Assembly (NCBI GenBank): GCA_010015805.1 | Contig: ML978135.1 | Location: forward strand, 186,001 to 250,000 | Direction of reading: 5' to 3' | From: Rhizodiscina lignyota | Taxonomy: Eukaryota | DNA: 64,000 bases | Shown here: positions 36,481 to 49,897 of the stretch, one piece after another | Position numbering within the stretch: the first letter of the stretch is position 1 | Layout of the letters: every line of letters begins with the position of its first letter | Made by a program: the position numbers and the translations under genes | The notes under the pieces: generated by a model | What the model was told of the DNA's origin: nothing | What the model saw: the letters and a program-made list of their open reading frames with translations, nothing else | The model's database searches: none

Positions 36481-39097
36481 ATGGCGCTTCTTACGTACAG
36501 ACCTCCCGTCAACTATTCGGAGCAACAATGTAAGTGTGATTCGCAATCTGTCAATGTGCGCGCTAACATTCGGTATAGCCGCTTTCGAAGACTTCCTACG
36601 CTCATTTAAGTCAACCTCGAGCGAAGCGCAAGATGCGCTCCAAGATCTCCATCTGGACGAAGACGGTTTAAGCGACGAATATGACTTCATGGACGATGCC
36701 GAGGGCAGCGCGGGAGGGCAGCGCGCACAGCGAGAGAGGAGAAAACATCCCAAGCAGAAGTATATGCAGATGCTGCAAGATGTTTCAGACCGGAAGAGAA
36801 CTCAGATTGTGATCGAGCTGGATGATCTGGAGCAGTACGAGAAAGCGCTTCAAGATGCCGGACAGGAGCTTTCTCTGGTCGCATCAATTGAGAAAAATGC
36901 ATATCACTACATTGAGATAGTCTCGAGGGCGGTCGATGCTGCTTTACCAGAGCCGGACGGGGAGCCTACGTACGTTGATGGACTAGAACCTCTCGTGATG
37001 ATGTCTAATTAGCTACAGATTCAAAGACGACGTGCTCGACATTATCATGTCGCAGCGGTCTCGCCGCAACGAGACTTTCCAGCAACAGGCAGAGGCCGAA
37101 GAAGGCGCACCACCAGCAGACTCAATATTTCCCCCAGAACTTACTCGACGCTATACCCTCAACTTTAAGCCCATCACACCCTCTGGCTCTAGCAGTGAGC
37201 GCAATTCGAAAGCTCTCGCAGTCCGCAATGTCCGCGGCGAGCATCTCGGCCACCTCATTACTGTACGAGGAATTACAACTCGCGTTTCAGATGTCAAGCC
37301 CTCAGTAAAAGTCAATGCATACTCGTGCGATCGCTGCGGGTGTGAGATATTCCAACCTGTCACAACGAAGCAGTTCGCTCCTATGCAAGAATGTCCATCG
37401 CAAGAATGCAAAAACAACCGAAGTCGAGGAGAGCTTTTCTTGTCCACCCGCGCGTCTAAGTTCCTGCCCTTCCAAGAGGTCAAGATTCAGGAGATGGCGG
37501 ACCAGGTTCCTGTTGGCCACATCCCTCGTATGCTGACGGTTCATTGCAATGGCGACCTTGTGCGGCAAATCAACCCTGGAGACGTGGTTGACATTGCTGG
37601 CATCTTTCTTCCCACTCCATACACAGGATTCAAAGCGATCAGAGCTGGCCTACTGACCGACACCTATCTGGAAGCCCAGCATGTGACGCAGCATAAGAAG
37701 GCGTACGATGACATAACGCTGTCACAATCTACCCTCCGTCGGATGAATGAGCTGGAACGCACGGGGCAGTTGTACGAGTACCTCTCACGATCGATTGCTC
37801 CTGAGATCTTTGGCCACCTCGACGTGAAAAAGGCTTTGCTATTGCAGCTGATAGGAGGCGTAACCAAGGAGATGGGTGACGGCATGCGCATTCGTGGTGA
37901 TATCAACGTCTGCTTGATGGGTGATCCCGGTGTCGCAAAATCCCAGTTGCTCAAGTACATTACTAAAGTCGCACCTCGAGGTGTCTACACGACCGGCCGT
38001 GGTTCTTCCGGCGTTGGTCTGACAGCGGCGGTGATGCGCGACCCTGTAACCGACGAAATGGTACTGGAAGGAGGCGCTTTGGTTCTCGCAGACAACGGCA
38101 CCTGCTGCATTGATGAGTTCGACAAGATGGACGACGGCGATAGGACCGCAATTCATGAAGTCATGGAGCAACAGACGATTTCAATCTCCAAGGCTGGAAT
38201 AACTACGACTCTCAATGCGCGCACGAGCATTCTGGCAGCAGCGAATCCATTGTATGGTCGCTACAACCCACGCATCTCGCCCGTAGAGAACATCAACCTT
38301 CCCGCCGCACTGCTGTCTCGTTTCGACGTCCTGTTCTTAATCCTCGACACCCCAGCCCGAGATGCGGATGAGGAGCTTGCTCGTCATGTCACATACGTCC
38401 ACATCCATAACCGTCACCCCGATCCAGTAGGCGCGGATGGAAATGGAAACGGCGTATTCTTCTCACCGAACGAAGTACGACAATATGTCGCCCGTGCTCG
38501 ATCGTTTCGCCCGACAGTGCCGAAGGCAGTGTCTGATTACATGGTGGGCGCATATGTTCGAATGCGGCAGCAGCACAAGCGTGATGAGGCGGGGAAGAAG
38601 GCGTTCACATACACGTCGCCACGTACGCTACTCGGTATTGTTCGTCTTGCACAAGCCCTTGCCCGCTTACGATTTGCGGAAGAGGTGATCATTGAAGATG
38701 TCGATGAAGCACTCCGGCTCGTCGAAGTGAGCAAGGCCAGTCTGTATACCGACCGGGGAGGCAGGCAGGCGGACATGACGCCCAGTAGCAGAATATATAA
38801 TCTCATCAGGGCAATGAGAGATAGTGGTGCTGCCGCGGTTGAGGACGGCGGACGGGGTGAGCTGGATCTGAGGAAGGTCAGGGAGAGGGTGCTTGCGAGA
38901 GGTTTTACGGCCGAGCAACTTGAGGAGGCACTGGATGAGTACTCATTGCTGGATGTAAGTGATTCCTTGAGTTGTATTTGGAAAGCCGATGCTAACGTTC
39001 TGTCTTCCAGGTCTGGCAAACAGCCGCTGAAGGAACGCGTCTTGTTTTCATTGAAGCTGGTATGGACGATCAGGATATGGGTGGCGATGACTTTTAA
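36481..39097 (+). CDS. MCM7: DNA replication licensing factor MCM7; 4 exons
   Basis: MALLTY.., zinc finger [36 protein letters not shown]; last intron 38954-39010 gives VWQT..GGDDF*. Confidence 0.96.
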
Positions 39098-39220
39098 CAC
39101 GACTTTTCCCATATCGATTTGTTTCTTCAGCAATGATGGCGCTGGTGGCGTTTGTCGCTCAAACCGCACACTTTCCAAACTTGCGATGTCTCGTCTGTAG
39201 CATAGCATAATGCCGAGATA

Positions 39221-40195
39221 TCATTCAGCAATTCCAAGCAGTCTACCTATGCCCTCAAAGTCCGACGCCCAATACAGTTGTTTTCGGCCTTCTCCTTCCT
39301 CTTGTTGATTCGTGATCTCATCCAGCGGTACGACATCGATGTCCAATCTCTCAAGCGTTTCAGCAAGTGACTTCTGCCCACTTCCCATATCGACGTCTCT
39401 CATACATATTCCAACATCTGCCTCAACAAGACATTCGAGATCCGTATTGCTATCTCCAACATACACAACTGTCGGCTTCTCCTCAGCGCCCAGGCCGATT
39501 TCTTTCATCACACGTACTTTATCGCCGCTTGTCCTGATCTCGCCTTCCAAACTTCCGTCACTCCCACCCTCCCGTTCCAAACCGCCTATCTCGTTCGCAT
39601 GAATTTGCAGCTTGTGTAGACTCTCCCCAAGCCTGAACCTGCTCTGATCCACGACTCTCGCCCCAGCTGCAAGGAGGACGGCTTTAATGAACGTACGGCT
39701 CCAATTCACGCTCATGATGCTTACGTCCATATCGTGCCCAGTGGTGAGGAGACTCTGCCATCCATTACGCAGCTTGATACTGCCGTCATCGACAGCCTTG
39801 CGAGCGGTGCTCTCGATGTCGGAGCTCGTAACACCAGTAAACGTCCCCGCCTCCTCGACTCTTTGCGCGCTGCATGACTCGATGGGCGCGAGACTCGCTA
39901 GCCACTCCCTCTCCTGGAAGAGCGTCCGGCGGTCCTCCTTTCGGGGTGTGTATGAAGCTTCGTGTGTGGAATAGTCTTGAATGTAGGCGACGGCTATCTC
40001 GTTCCACGTCAAGGACGGTTTAGGCCTGGTTAATGTGGGCTGGATATTCCCCAGAACGGCAAGGGTGTCGGAGTACGTGAGTGTCCCATCAAAGTCGAGG
40101 ATGAGATGGATACGGCGAGCTTTTGTAGTGCGTGATGGAGATGAAGCCCGGCGGAAAACATCTTTGAGGACCTTGGAGAAATGAGACGACGCCAT
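39221..40195 (-). CDS. HAD-superfamily hydrolase, Cto1/thiamine-phosphate-phosphatase-like
   Basis: Motif I LILDFDGTLT..DT, SVNWS, K in TSGDK, motif IV YVGDSNTDLECL..ADVGI. Confidence 0.85.
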   Translation of the reverse strand: MASSHFSKVLKDVFRRASSPSRTTKARRIHLILDFDGTLTYSDTLAVLGNIQPTLTRPKPSLTWNEIAVAYIQDYSTHEASYTPRKEDRRTLFQEREWLASLAPIESCSAQRVEEAGTFTGVTSSDIESTARKAVDDGSIKLRNGWQSLLTTGHDMDVSIMSVNWSRTFIKAVLLAAGARVVDQSRFRLGESLHKLQIHANEIGGLEREGGSDGSLEGEIRTSGDKVRVMKEIGLGAEEKPTVVYVGDSNTDLECLVEADVGICMRDVDMGSGQKSLAETLERLDIDVVPLDEITNQQEEGEGRKQLYWASDFEGIGRLLGIAE

Positions 40196-41389
40196 CTTTC
40201 AAGTTGAGATGAGACAAAGTTCTGTAACCGAATATGAAAATTTACATAAATGTTCTGGATATCATACTTTAGATTGAGAGTGGAAAGTAAACAACTTGTA
40301 GCGAAACTGCCAAAGAATCCCATGTACTTCTATTTCTCCGTATTATTTGGAGCAATTCTTGCACCTTTTGCTCAAAGTAGTGGAGATTCGGCCTGTCATC
40401 GAGCTTTGTCGATAAAAGTCGCTTCTCCTGTCCGAAGGAAGGAGCTCGTTTGAGCAGCCCTAGCAGCCAATCACCGAACGGCGAACGCGGAGCCTTTTTA
40501 GCGTCGTGCACAGGCCCCCGCAAGCTCCTTTAAAAGCGCTCTTCGCTCTTCCAAAAAAGCTTTCTCTTTCATACTTGTAAGTAAAATCACAAGCCACCAA
40601 AATTTTCCGGGACATTCTGCTAACAATTTCTCTCACAGACCTTGTTGGGAACACTGTGATCAAGAATACGGTTGTTCTATCAGTTCTGCCTACACTGCAC
40701 AATGTGGAGTGGGACTGATATGAATCTCCTTCGGGGGCTTCACTGGCGCAATTTTTGCTGGCTATCTCTATCTTTTCATTGATGCTTCTGCCTTGTGCAG
40801 GAGGTTGTCGAAGAGAATTCACGTCGCTGGCGATGTTAATTGAAGTCGGATGATCGCCGGAAGCCTCGCTTTTGGCCAGATTATTTGTGTGCGCTACATG
40901 TTCGTCAACGCTAGCAAGAGATCTCTGAAAGGTCTTGAATATATACTAGAGTTTATTTATCTAAAACACTCAACTTAGGGTGCATAACCTGCATTAACTA
41001 TCGAGTATACATCCTTGCGGTTCTATATATTACAGCCACGACTCAACTATCTCGTCACCCCCTTAGCCATGTATCACGAATTGTCGCCCACGCTACATAA
41101 TTATAAACGCTCTTTTCGTCGTTCGTACCAATTCAAGTGTGCAATGTGTTTAATTGCGAGATAAGGATTATTACTCGTGTCACGTGCGTGTCGCGAACTG
41201 GACACGCAGATAAGACGCGACGCGGTTCTCATGAACCAGGTCCCGCTTCAAGCGGTGTGATGAATTTCGTGTGTTGCATCTCCTCTCTTTTCTTCGCATT
41301 TCCGTCGTTCGTTCCCTATCACTAATGGAATTGGGCTTCCCCTCATTGAAAATTGCAGGTTGTAGAAAATATCCAACCTTTTGTTCATC

Positions 41390-44300
41390 ATGGCTCCCCA
41401 GTGTCAAGCTCTGACACTGTCGGATGCAAAACGATGCAGTGAAATTGGAACACAGTCGAACAATCTCTTCTGCGCGTACCATGCGAAACAATGCCACGGT
41501 ATACTCGAGAACACAACGCAATTGATTGGTATAGATGCTAATTGATGAATATCGCAGGTCTCTACAGGGGCTATAAAGCTCGCAATAGCGATTGGACGAG
41601 CTCACCGAAAATCCACCACCGTTCCTTGCGAAAACATCTCTACCTTTAGTCAACCAAACGTTTTCTGATGTCAAAGATGAGACTGACTTGCGGCAAATCC
41701 ACGATCACTTATTTCAGCGGTATACATTAATTAACCGGGTCGTAAGAGCACGAAAGCTTCATCACAGTCGTTTCTATTCTCTAGAATTGGACTGTGGTCA
41801 TCAGGCATACATTGATAAACTTGAAGGCCAGAAGTTCGTCATACTCCGCGCTCTGGAAAGACTGGAACGGCGGACTGCGGAAGTTCTATATGAATCGCAG
41901 AAATGGTTCAAATGGGTGCGTCAATGTCAGGATGATGAGGAAGCGCAACGGGCGAAGGAGAAGGAGCAGGTTAAGAAGGAGGCGGCTCTATTCCAGCGCC
42001 ATTGGAAAGAAGTCGAAGCTCGCCTAAGGAGACTCCGGCAGAAGGAAGATGCCAAGCGACAAGACGAATTCTTGGAAATGGCTTACCAGGAACGGATGTC
42101 GCAAGAAGATGAAGATACCTGAGATCCCATTGAGATGTGGTACAAGACGAGCGTGGAAGTTACATTGATCTCATTCGACATTTCTTGTGGATGGAGAGTT
42201 TTGTGAATGAGACGGACGACGTCACATAGCCAGTCGAAGACTGCCCTCCTCAACGTCAACCAAATGATACAAGCGCAAACTCGAGCCAGGCGGACCCGGT
42301 TCTGCAGCCCGTCACTGGGAACCCCAAGAAGTCAGGGAAGAAGGCAAGGCAAAATGCAGCGAAGCAGAAAGAGAACCAGCCCCAGCCCTCACTCCCAGAT
42401 CACCAGGATGATGAAATGCCAGAATCTGTCCGTCGCATGGTCGAGCGCCTTGCACACAAAGGTCACCCTGCTTTCAAACGCAAGAGCAAGAAACCAGCGT
42501 TCTCCGAGCAAAAACCAGACAAGGACCAGATTGAGACGCGAGACGGCATATTCAAGCGTTTAAACAAGCCCAAGGACTACAAGCATGATGGCTGGGTGGC
42601 TGGACCAAGGCTGGTTGGGACAGTCGAAACACCGGACATCCCCACGAAAGAGATGTATGTGATACCGGAGGAAGAGCTCGGATCTCTCCTCGACGACATT
42701 GCTGAGATTAAGCAGCTACTCTTCTGTCGGCTTGTCCTCTCGCATGCTACACTGTTGCCGTCAGCTCTGAAAGCTTCCAGTGTCGAGGAATTCTTGGCCG
42801 ATTCAGAAGTCTCACTCACAGATCTGCGAGACCTCTGCTTGAAGATGGAGCAACCTGCCCTACAAGAAATCCGCGACGCTTGTGCTGACCTTGCAAGACC
42901 AGGACGAGCCTTCCGCCGACGAGGGCGACGACGAGGATGCTGTAGTCGGAAAGCCGCTGACCAAACGGCAAAAATTCAGAAAGGATATTCGAGCGAAATG
43001 GGGCGCTATGGAATGGAAGAGCAAAATCGAGCAACAGCAAGAAAATGCCCGAAAGCGCAAGAACAAACCTGGGTCACTCCTCGACTTTGGTGAGGTAGAC
43101 GACAAAGGCGTCTTCCGTGAGAAGAAGATAAGGGTTAAGATCTGTGGAAAGTCTATTTGGAACTATGCCAGTGAGAATGCCATGTCAAGAAACGGGTGGC
43201 TTCACTTTTGCATCCTCGCGAAGGGGGTCTCGCTCTTCGAGGCCATTGAACTATGTCGGAACTGGAGGGAGTTTTACGAGTTGAACACACTTGCGATATG
43301 GAGCTATTTCCCTTCCTCGAGCTGGGCCGACTGGGCGAATAATGTTCAGATGCGACAATTGGCTCAGCTGGTAAGAGATCGCCGTTAAGTGAATGGAATT
43401 GAGTAATCACTAGACTAACTCTTCTCTAAGGGCCTCGTTTGCTACTTCACCAATATGGATGCGGACAACATGACTGTCCGTCAGCAGTCCGGATCCCGAT
43501 ATCAAGGCAGATCGCATAGAATACTCGAGTTTCGTGGCTTCATCTGCGCGCAAATGAACCGACTCGATCCGATCAGCCGACGGTTCCTTACGTATGTGAA
43601 CATGAACTACACTAACCTGCTGGTCCTAGTTCGGGACGGTCATACTGGTGAGATTTTGGTCCAGCCATTCAAGGAGGAAGATCGTTGGCTCGTTCGACAC
43701 AAAGAAGGCATCGGTAGGGCGGCAAAGAATAAGTGGAAAGTGATCAGCCAGGTCGATGAGAAATTCTTTGAGCAGATGGACCACCTTCGCTTATGGCGGT
43801 TTGGATTTGACCAGTATTACGATGTCGTGATCTGGGATCGCTTTGCCGGGCGACGATTCGCTTATTTGCATAACACTGTTCAAGACGTAAGTTTACAAGT
43901 GTGGGATATCACTGTGGGATTAGATAGTCGCTAACAGAGTGAACAGCTTCTGATGAAAGCACATCGTGTATGCGAAGCCGCGGAATACTATCGACAGGCT
44001 GAACCAGTGCTCAAAACGATCAGACGAGAAGCAGAAACCCTGCGTGTTCGCGATGCCAGACCAGGCGATAGAACGGTATGGGATACAGTGCGAAATTCGA
44101 GCGGGAAGGCTTATGACGTCGACTCGGAAACCGGCGAGATCACTGAGAGCGACGATATACTCCAAGGCTACCAGGAGGCAGACGCCCTTGAAGACGAAGT
44201 GCTCTTCCCAGAGGACTGCGAGGGTGAGAAAAAGGGGCCGCTGTCCCGCCCTGGTCCATACAATGAACTCCAGAGGCTCGAGGAAGGTGATTTTCCTTGG

Positions 44301-46053
44301 GATAAATTCATCGAGGATGCCGACACCGATGAAGAGTATAGCGACGAAGACGAAGATTATGGGCAGTCTCTCATGCACCAGCTAAAGATGGATGTGGACA
44401 AGGACCATCCTCGCCGTATCAGAGAGCTAAATACATATGATACCGACGACGATTGGGAGGATGACGAGGACGATTATGAATATGTCTTTGAGGGAGAAAC
44501 GGGAAAGACGGAGGAAGGGTTGGAAGAACTAGAGGACGGAGTGGAAGAAACGGAGGATGAAGTGGAAGAGACAGAGGAGAAAAGGGAACAACAGCAGGAA
44601 AGGCGACTTGAGCTGCGCCAGCTAGTAGAGAGGCCACCTTTCAGTGTTGACGGCGCTATGTTCAGACGAACGTTGGAGACCTCGAGAAAAGTTGGCCCCA
44701 TTTTGGAAGGGATCCAGAAATCGCCAGAAGAGCTCAAATGCTCTGAGATCCTCGACAAGTGGCTGGATGATCCCGACGCGCCAGTCATCGATTCCAAAGA
44801 CATACCAGCGGCTTTCAACGAATTCAATGAGAGATACCGGGCAAAGAGTACGTTCATTGCGGTCGCTGATATGCCCTCTGCTAACCATACGTAGTTTTTA
44901 AACAGACTTTTCACGCTGCTGACCTCGAGCCTGGGGCATACGAAAAGTACGACACGGCCAATGCAATGATCGCTGCGGCTACGCCTTATTATTTCGGGAT
45001 CGACGCCTATCGACTCCGATGTCTCCAGACGCTCCAGTGGCTGGGCACCCACCCGAACGAGCATCGCCATGTTGGAAGAGATGTTGCCGCCATGGCCTAT
45101 GCTATGGCCTCGTTCTTTTTCGATCATGGAGATGGCTTCTTTGAATCAGAGAAAGGTTCTGAATTCGCAGCCAGCCTCCTTCAGAGGCAAGCAGAACGTA
45201 GTTTTTCGCTCCCAGATGTGCGAAATCAGACCAGCTCCGCCTACAGACCCAAAGAGTTCTGGGAAGAGTTCGACTCCAAGCAGTTCAGTCAGGCAGAGGA
45301 TTGCGAAGCTGTTAGAGAAATTTACCCACCTAAATGGGATCTCATTGTTCGACCTTAGATAGCAAGATGTAAGTTGCTACAACACCCCTATTTCGACTTG
45401 AGAGTTTTTATGGGGCATGATGAATTGACCTGTCATTCACAGTGTACAAGGCTGGTATGATCAAGCCTACGGATGATGCATCCGGTATAGCGTTCCCTGC
45501 CACCGAGCCAGGTCGAACTGTGCCCGATCTTTTCTTTGATTGGCGTCAAGAAGCCAAAGGGGTAACTTTCCCATCCGATATGCTGGATCCTTCCACCGTC
45601 CCTCCACTGCTTTCTTGCGCTCAGAAGTATGCGTCAAGCAAAGCCAACGCGCGCTTCGCTTTCCTCCGCGTCTGGTCCGCGCCGCATTTCTACCCGCTCA
45701 TGATGGGAGTGGAGAAGCGTAAGATGTGCAGCTTCACCGACAGCGTAGGTCGATGCTGGGAGTGGAAGTTTGTCCCCAAGGACATGCCGTACAGCGATTG
45801 GAGTATTCACTTTTGGGCCAGGAACACGTTAGAGAGGGGCCGTTTTGGGCGATTATGGAGAAAGAGTGTTATGGTCAAGAGAGACGCCATAATTGTGATG
45901 GCGCAGGGTGAGGAGGAACTGAGAAAGCTCGTCACAGGAGTGATTTACGCGGTGCAGACAAAGCCTTGGTTCAGGGAGATTGATTCGTGGAAGAGTTTTA
46001 TCAATGTCGAGTTGGACTTTTTGGAGAAGCTTGATGAGAAGTGGTTGGAGTAA
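41390..46053 (+). pseudogene. Pseudogene of a large fungal conserved-hypothetical protein with an N-terminal Cys/His motif
   Basis: MAPQCQA..RC..LFCAYHAKQCH|GLYRGYK, RVWSAPHFYPLM, WEWKFVPKDMPYS; introns intact but frameshifts near 41590, 42134, 42896 and in-frame stops at 42120-42122, 42227-42229, 45356-45358. Confidence 0.8.
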
Positions 46054-47211
46054 GAAGCGGTGGTACGACCTGAATGGAGAGATAGATACATTTTATGTCC
46101 TTTCCAGAAGGTCATTGCCTGGCCTTCGACGTTCGACAGAACCTTTCAGCTCAAATCAAATCCAAGACGGAACACCTGTTATCTTTGCCTTTACCAAACC
46201 TTGCACGCTTTTCCTTCATAATACTTTACGACCATTATCATGGTCATATAAGAGCAAGGAGACTGCTGCCGGGTTGATTGCTGTCGCTCTCAAGTCTCCA
46301 CCCTCCTCAGAGAGAAGGGTGCCCTGTTGCGACAATCGAAATCACGGGATCGTATCACGCACGTATTCCTCTAAAGATGGGTGGCAAGAATAAACCTGCC
46401 AGCAAAGTGTTGTCGGGTGTCGTTGGGTACGGACATTGGGGGAAATGCACCAGTTCTCGTTGAGTTGACGCGAAATGCATGTGGATCCCGAGGACCGTCA
46501 GAGGTTCGCTCAGAGTTGATGGCTTCCCTCCTAACGTTGGAAGACTTGGGCGAATCTGTCTCTTTATAGCGTGGCAATGGATAGATGAGCAAAACACTGA
46601 AGTTCGCTGCGTTGGCGTAAATACTGAAGCGAAAACCCAAACACAGCTGAGTCCATATTCTCTCACCAGCACAGAGACATGTCGAAGGTAAAGCATTGGT
46701 CAATGGATGACTTAACAGGCAATGCCACAGCGCCAGCAGAAGAAGAAACCTCGCTTCCGCTGCACATATTCAAACTTTATGGGACTCCACTATTTTGTCA
46801 CCCTCGTGATAGCCAACGGTGCTGAGAGTGGGCAAGGGGAAGCTTCACCAATGCAATATTTAGATATCAGACTTTTATATGGCAAGTAACAAAAGAAACG
46901 TTCATGATTGGAGATGGATAGACTGTCCACGTATATCTCATCATAACTTCCAGCCAGCTTCCCAAAGGCAGCCAGCAAAAAAACGTTCTGTTAATACAAC
47001 GCCGGCTTGGACACCGAGCCTGAGAAATCCATAAAACAGTACTTTGAAATACCTTTCATATTCCAGCTTTTTCCTCTAATGTGTATCCGTCAACGTTCCC
47101 ACATCACCAAAGCCATCCAGTGAAGATCATCCAAAGTCCATGCTGCCTGCCCATCCTCTTTGATGTCCTCTCCCGTGCATCGGCTACGGGATCTCTATCT
47201 GGACTATTGAT

Positions 47212-48052
47212 TCAGCTCGTCCTATCTCTCTTCAAGCGGAATGCTCTCTGATCTCGCAGCCACGTTCTGTAGTCCTTCACACTGCCAATCTTCTCCCCGT
47301 AGTAATCAGGGATCGGATTATTCAAAGACGAATTGGAAGGGTCTGCACGATTCTTCTTTACGCGTGTGAAGAAGTCCTTCTCTTTCTGTTTTCTCGTTAG
47401 TACTCATCCAGCTTCAATATATATCTTATGTCATGAAAGAGAGGCTTAGACTCACCGCCATAATCTCGGGCTTTACACCTCGATACATCGTATTAAACAC
47501 CGCCCCTCCAGCAAATGGACCCATGAGCCACCCAGCGCCCGCAAAGGCGAATGTTGCTATCCCCAGCAGTATGAAGGGGTCCAAGCCAAACGCCGATGCA
47601 CCCCATCGGTCGAAGTCGGATTGACTGAGGTATGCTATGCCCGCCACAGTGGTCCCAGTACAAGTCACGATGGACGCACCGAGATTGATCCGTCTGCGGA
47701 CTTTGCGAAGGCGAAGATATTCGTTCCATGTCAGGGGTGGATGAGATTGCGGAGAAGCGGAGGCAGATGATGCGGAGGCGGCTGTGGAGTTGAAGCGGAC
47801 GAAACGGATGTTAATGGCGGTCCTGTGTGTACGAGGAACGGTAACCTGTGAGGTTGATGGCCTTGGCTTGCTATTCAGGCAGGTATGTCTAGCCTTGACA
47901 GCGACTCGAGTGGTGAAGGACTTTGGCCCCGTACACGCAGGCCGCGGGAAGGCAACGCATTGCGTCACCTTCAGCGGGGCATTAGGTCTGTAACCGGGCG
48001 TTATAGAGCCTGCAGCGGCTCGAATGCAGCGTGGAGAAGTAGTAAACATCAT
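47212..48052 (-). CDS. PAM17: Mitochondrial presequence translocase-associated motor subunit Pam17; 2 exons
   Basis: Basic presequence, [30 protein letters not shown], exon 2 [37 protein letters not shown]. Confidence 0.92.
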
Positions 48053-48659
48053 TTTGGCGGGACGTGAGGGTATTCGTGGCCTGAAGAGAGGTTGATGCCT
48101 TTGACATCAGTTGTGGAGCTTTAACGAGGTCACCGGCCTTGGCATTCATCCCGAACTCCGTACGAGGGTGACAGAATACGGAGTAGTTGAGCACCATCAA
48201 TTGAACGGCGGTAGTAAGAACGAGGTTTGTTTATTAATAAAAATGAGAGCTTCTCTGACAACTCGGTTAAATATATACCAAGCAGCATTAATCCAGAATA
48301 CACAGCTTTAGTTCTGTATTATCTAATAAGGATATGCATCCTCGTGGTTCGACATACTGGAGCTACGGCTCGACTTTTTTGTCACTCACTTTGGCGAGAC
48401 GATGCCTCAGGCTCACATGTGGATGATGAAATTAACAGAGCATCAGAATGCATGGGTTTTCATTGTTCCACGATATCTTTTACTACCGCATGTCGGTATG
48501 TCCGTTTTAGTCACATTGCTCAGCCATGCAAGTCCCGCAAGTCCCCAAACCAAAAGACCACCAGAGTTTGATGTTCGGAAAGCCACTCCGTACGCCGCTG
48601 GTATCAATTATGAAGGCCCGAAATCAATTCGAAGCATCGATTGCCATAGCTCGTCTCCT

Positions 48660-49622
48660 TTAGCGTCCTCCAAAACCAGGCGGTGGGAAGCCTCTACCAC
48701 CTTGACCAGGGGGGAAGCCACCTGGCGGGGGACCTTGAAATCCACCATCTATAAGAAATTAGGTAATATGATCCACAGTGTTGGAAGTAGTATGCACTTA
48801 CGACCACCAGCGAATCCGTGCGGGCCTGGAGGGAAACCTTCTATTGATCGACTTAGCAAATCCAAAAGAAAAAAAGATGCGAGCAAAAACTTACGACCAC
48901 CAGCGCCAGGAGGTGGTCCACGGGTTGGGAAGCCAGGTGGCGGACCACCGGGAGGAAATCCACCAGGGGGAAATCCTGGAACTGGTCCGCCCACGCCGGC
49001 TACAGGACCAGCCAATCCAATAGGCAGACCACGGCCAGCAGGCCTACTGATTCCAGGGCCGGTAGTAAGTGTCGCTGCAGCGGGTGTACCTCCAGGAACG
49101 CTTGTTGCCAATCTCGTCGCCGAATCCGCAGGTGGTGGACCATCCGCCGACAACGTGGTGATGTTGGATCCGCGGACGATGGCAAGACCAAGTGTACGCT
49201 TTTCTTCTTTTTCGACCGTCGGGCCATCGTCGCCTGGGGGGGGGTTCTTCTTTCGATCATTCCTGGTACGAACTGTGCGATACTCGTCGGTGTCGGCAAG
49301 GACGATATTCATGTGCTAAGCGAACCGTGAGTATTCTGCTGAAGAAGAAAACACGAGATCGGAGAACTTGACATAATACGTACCTTGTCAAACGCCAACA
49401 TTTGTCCAGTGAGCTGGCGGCCGTCTCTGAGAGTTGCGCGCATGCGCCAGTTGAGCTGTGTTTTGGAGTCAGCTTGAGATGCCGACTCAAAAATGACGTG
49501 GTGATACCTACATAGTTTCCCTTTGTGCGCAAAGTGTCAGCTGTTTGTGTCAACCTTCCTTTGCATTTTCAAAAAGGCGAAATGCAGTTGCGGCTTACCA
49601 TCTTGCCTTGCTTGTTCGCCAT
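48660..49622 (-). CDS. SMB1: Spliceosomal snRNP core protein SmB; 6 exons
   Basis: MANKQGKM|GNY|LNWRMRATLRDGRQLTGQMLAFDK|HMNIVLADTDEYR..EEKRTLGLAIVRG, Pro/Gly-rich tail ending GFGGR*. Confidence 0.92.
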
Positions 49623-49897
49623 AATTGCTGCTCTGCGCGCGAACGCGGCTCAACTCTCGTTCAGAGGGCGACAGAAGAATTGAGGAGCTCAATGGTGCGT
49701 TGAGGTGGGTGGTGTTGTTTGCGTTTGGAGGAGTGGTGGGTGGTCGCGAGACTCGTTTGAAAAGTCGAGAGCTCGACGGAACATGCCGTGAGCCACGCGC
49801 CAAGCGGTCTTGGCACCTCGCACATCGAAAATCGAACCTCACGAGCTGCGGGAAAACATCAACCATCCACCACCAAATTGCCACGACATCAGCAGAG

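Noticed and set aside
38954..39200. Extended MCM7 C-terminus ending -SRL in the ORF track
   Set aside because: Artefact of reading through intron 38954-39010; the spliced product ends GGDDF at 39097
40269..40940. Minus-strand ORF fragments upstream of the HAD gene
   Set aside because: No identifiable domain; could be a relic but unsupported
48402..49319. 305-aa Pro/Gly-rich plus-strand ORF
   Set aside because: Antisense of SmB; Pro and Gly codons are mutual reverse complements
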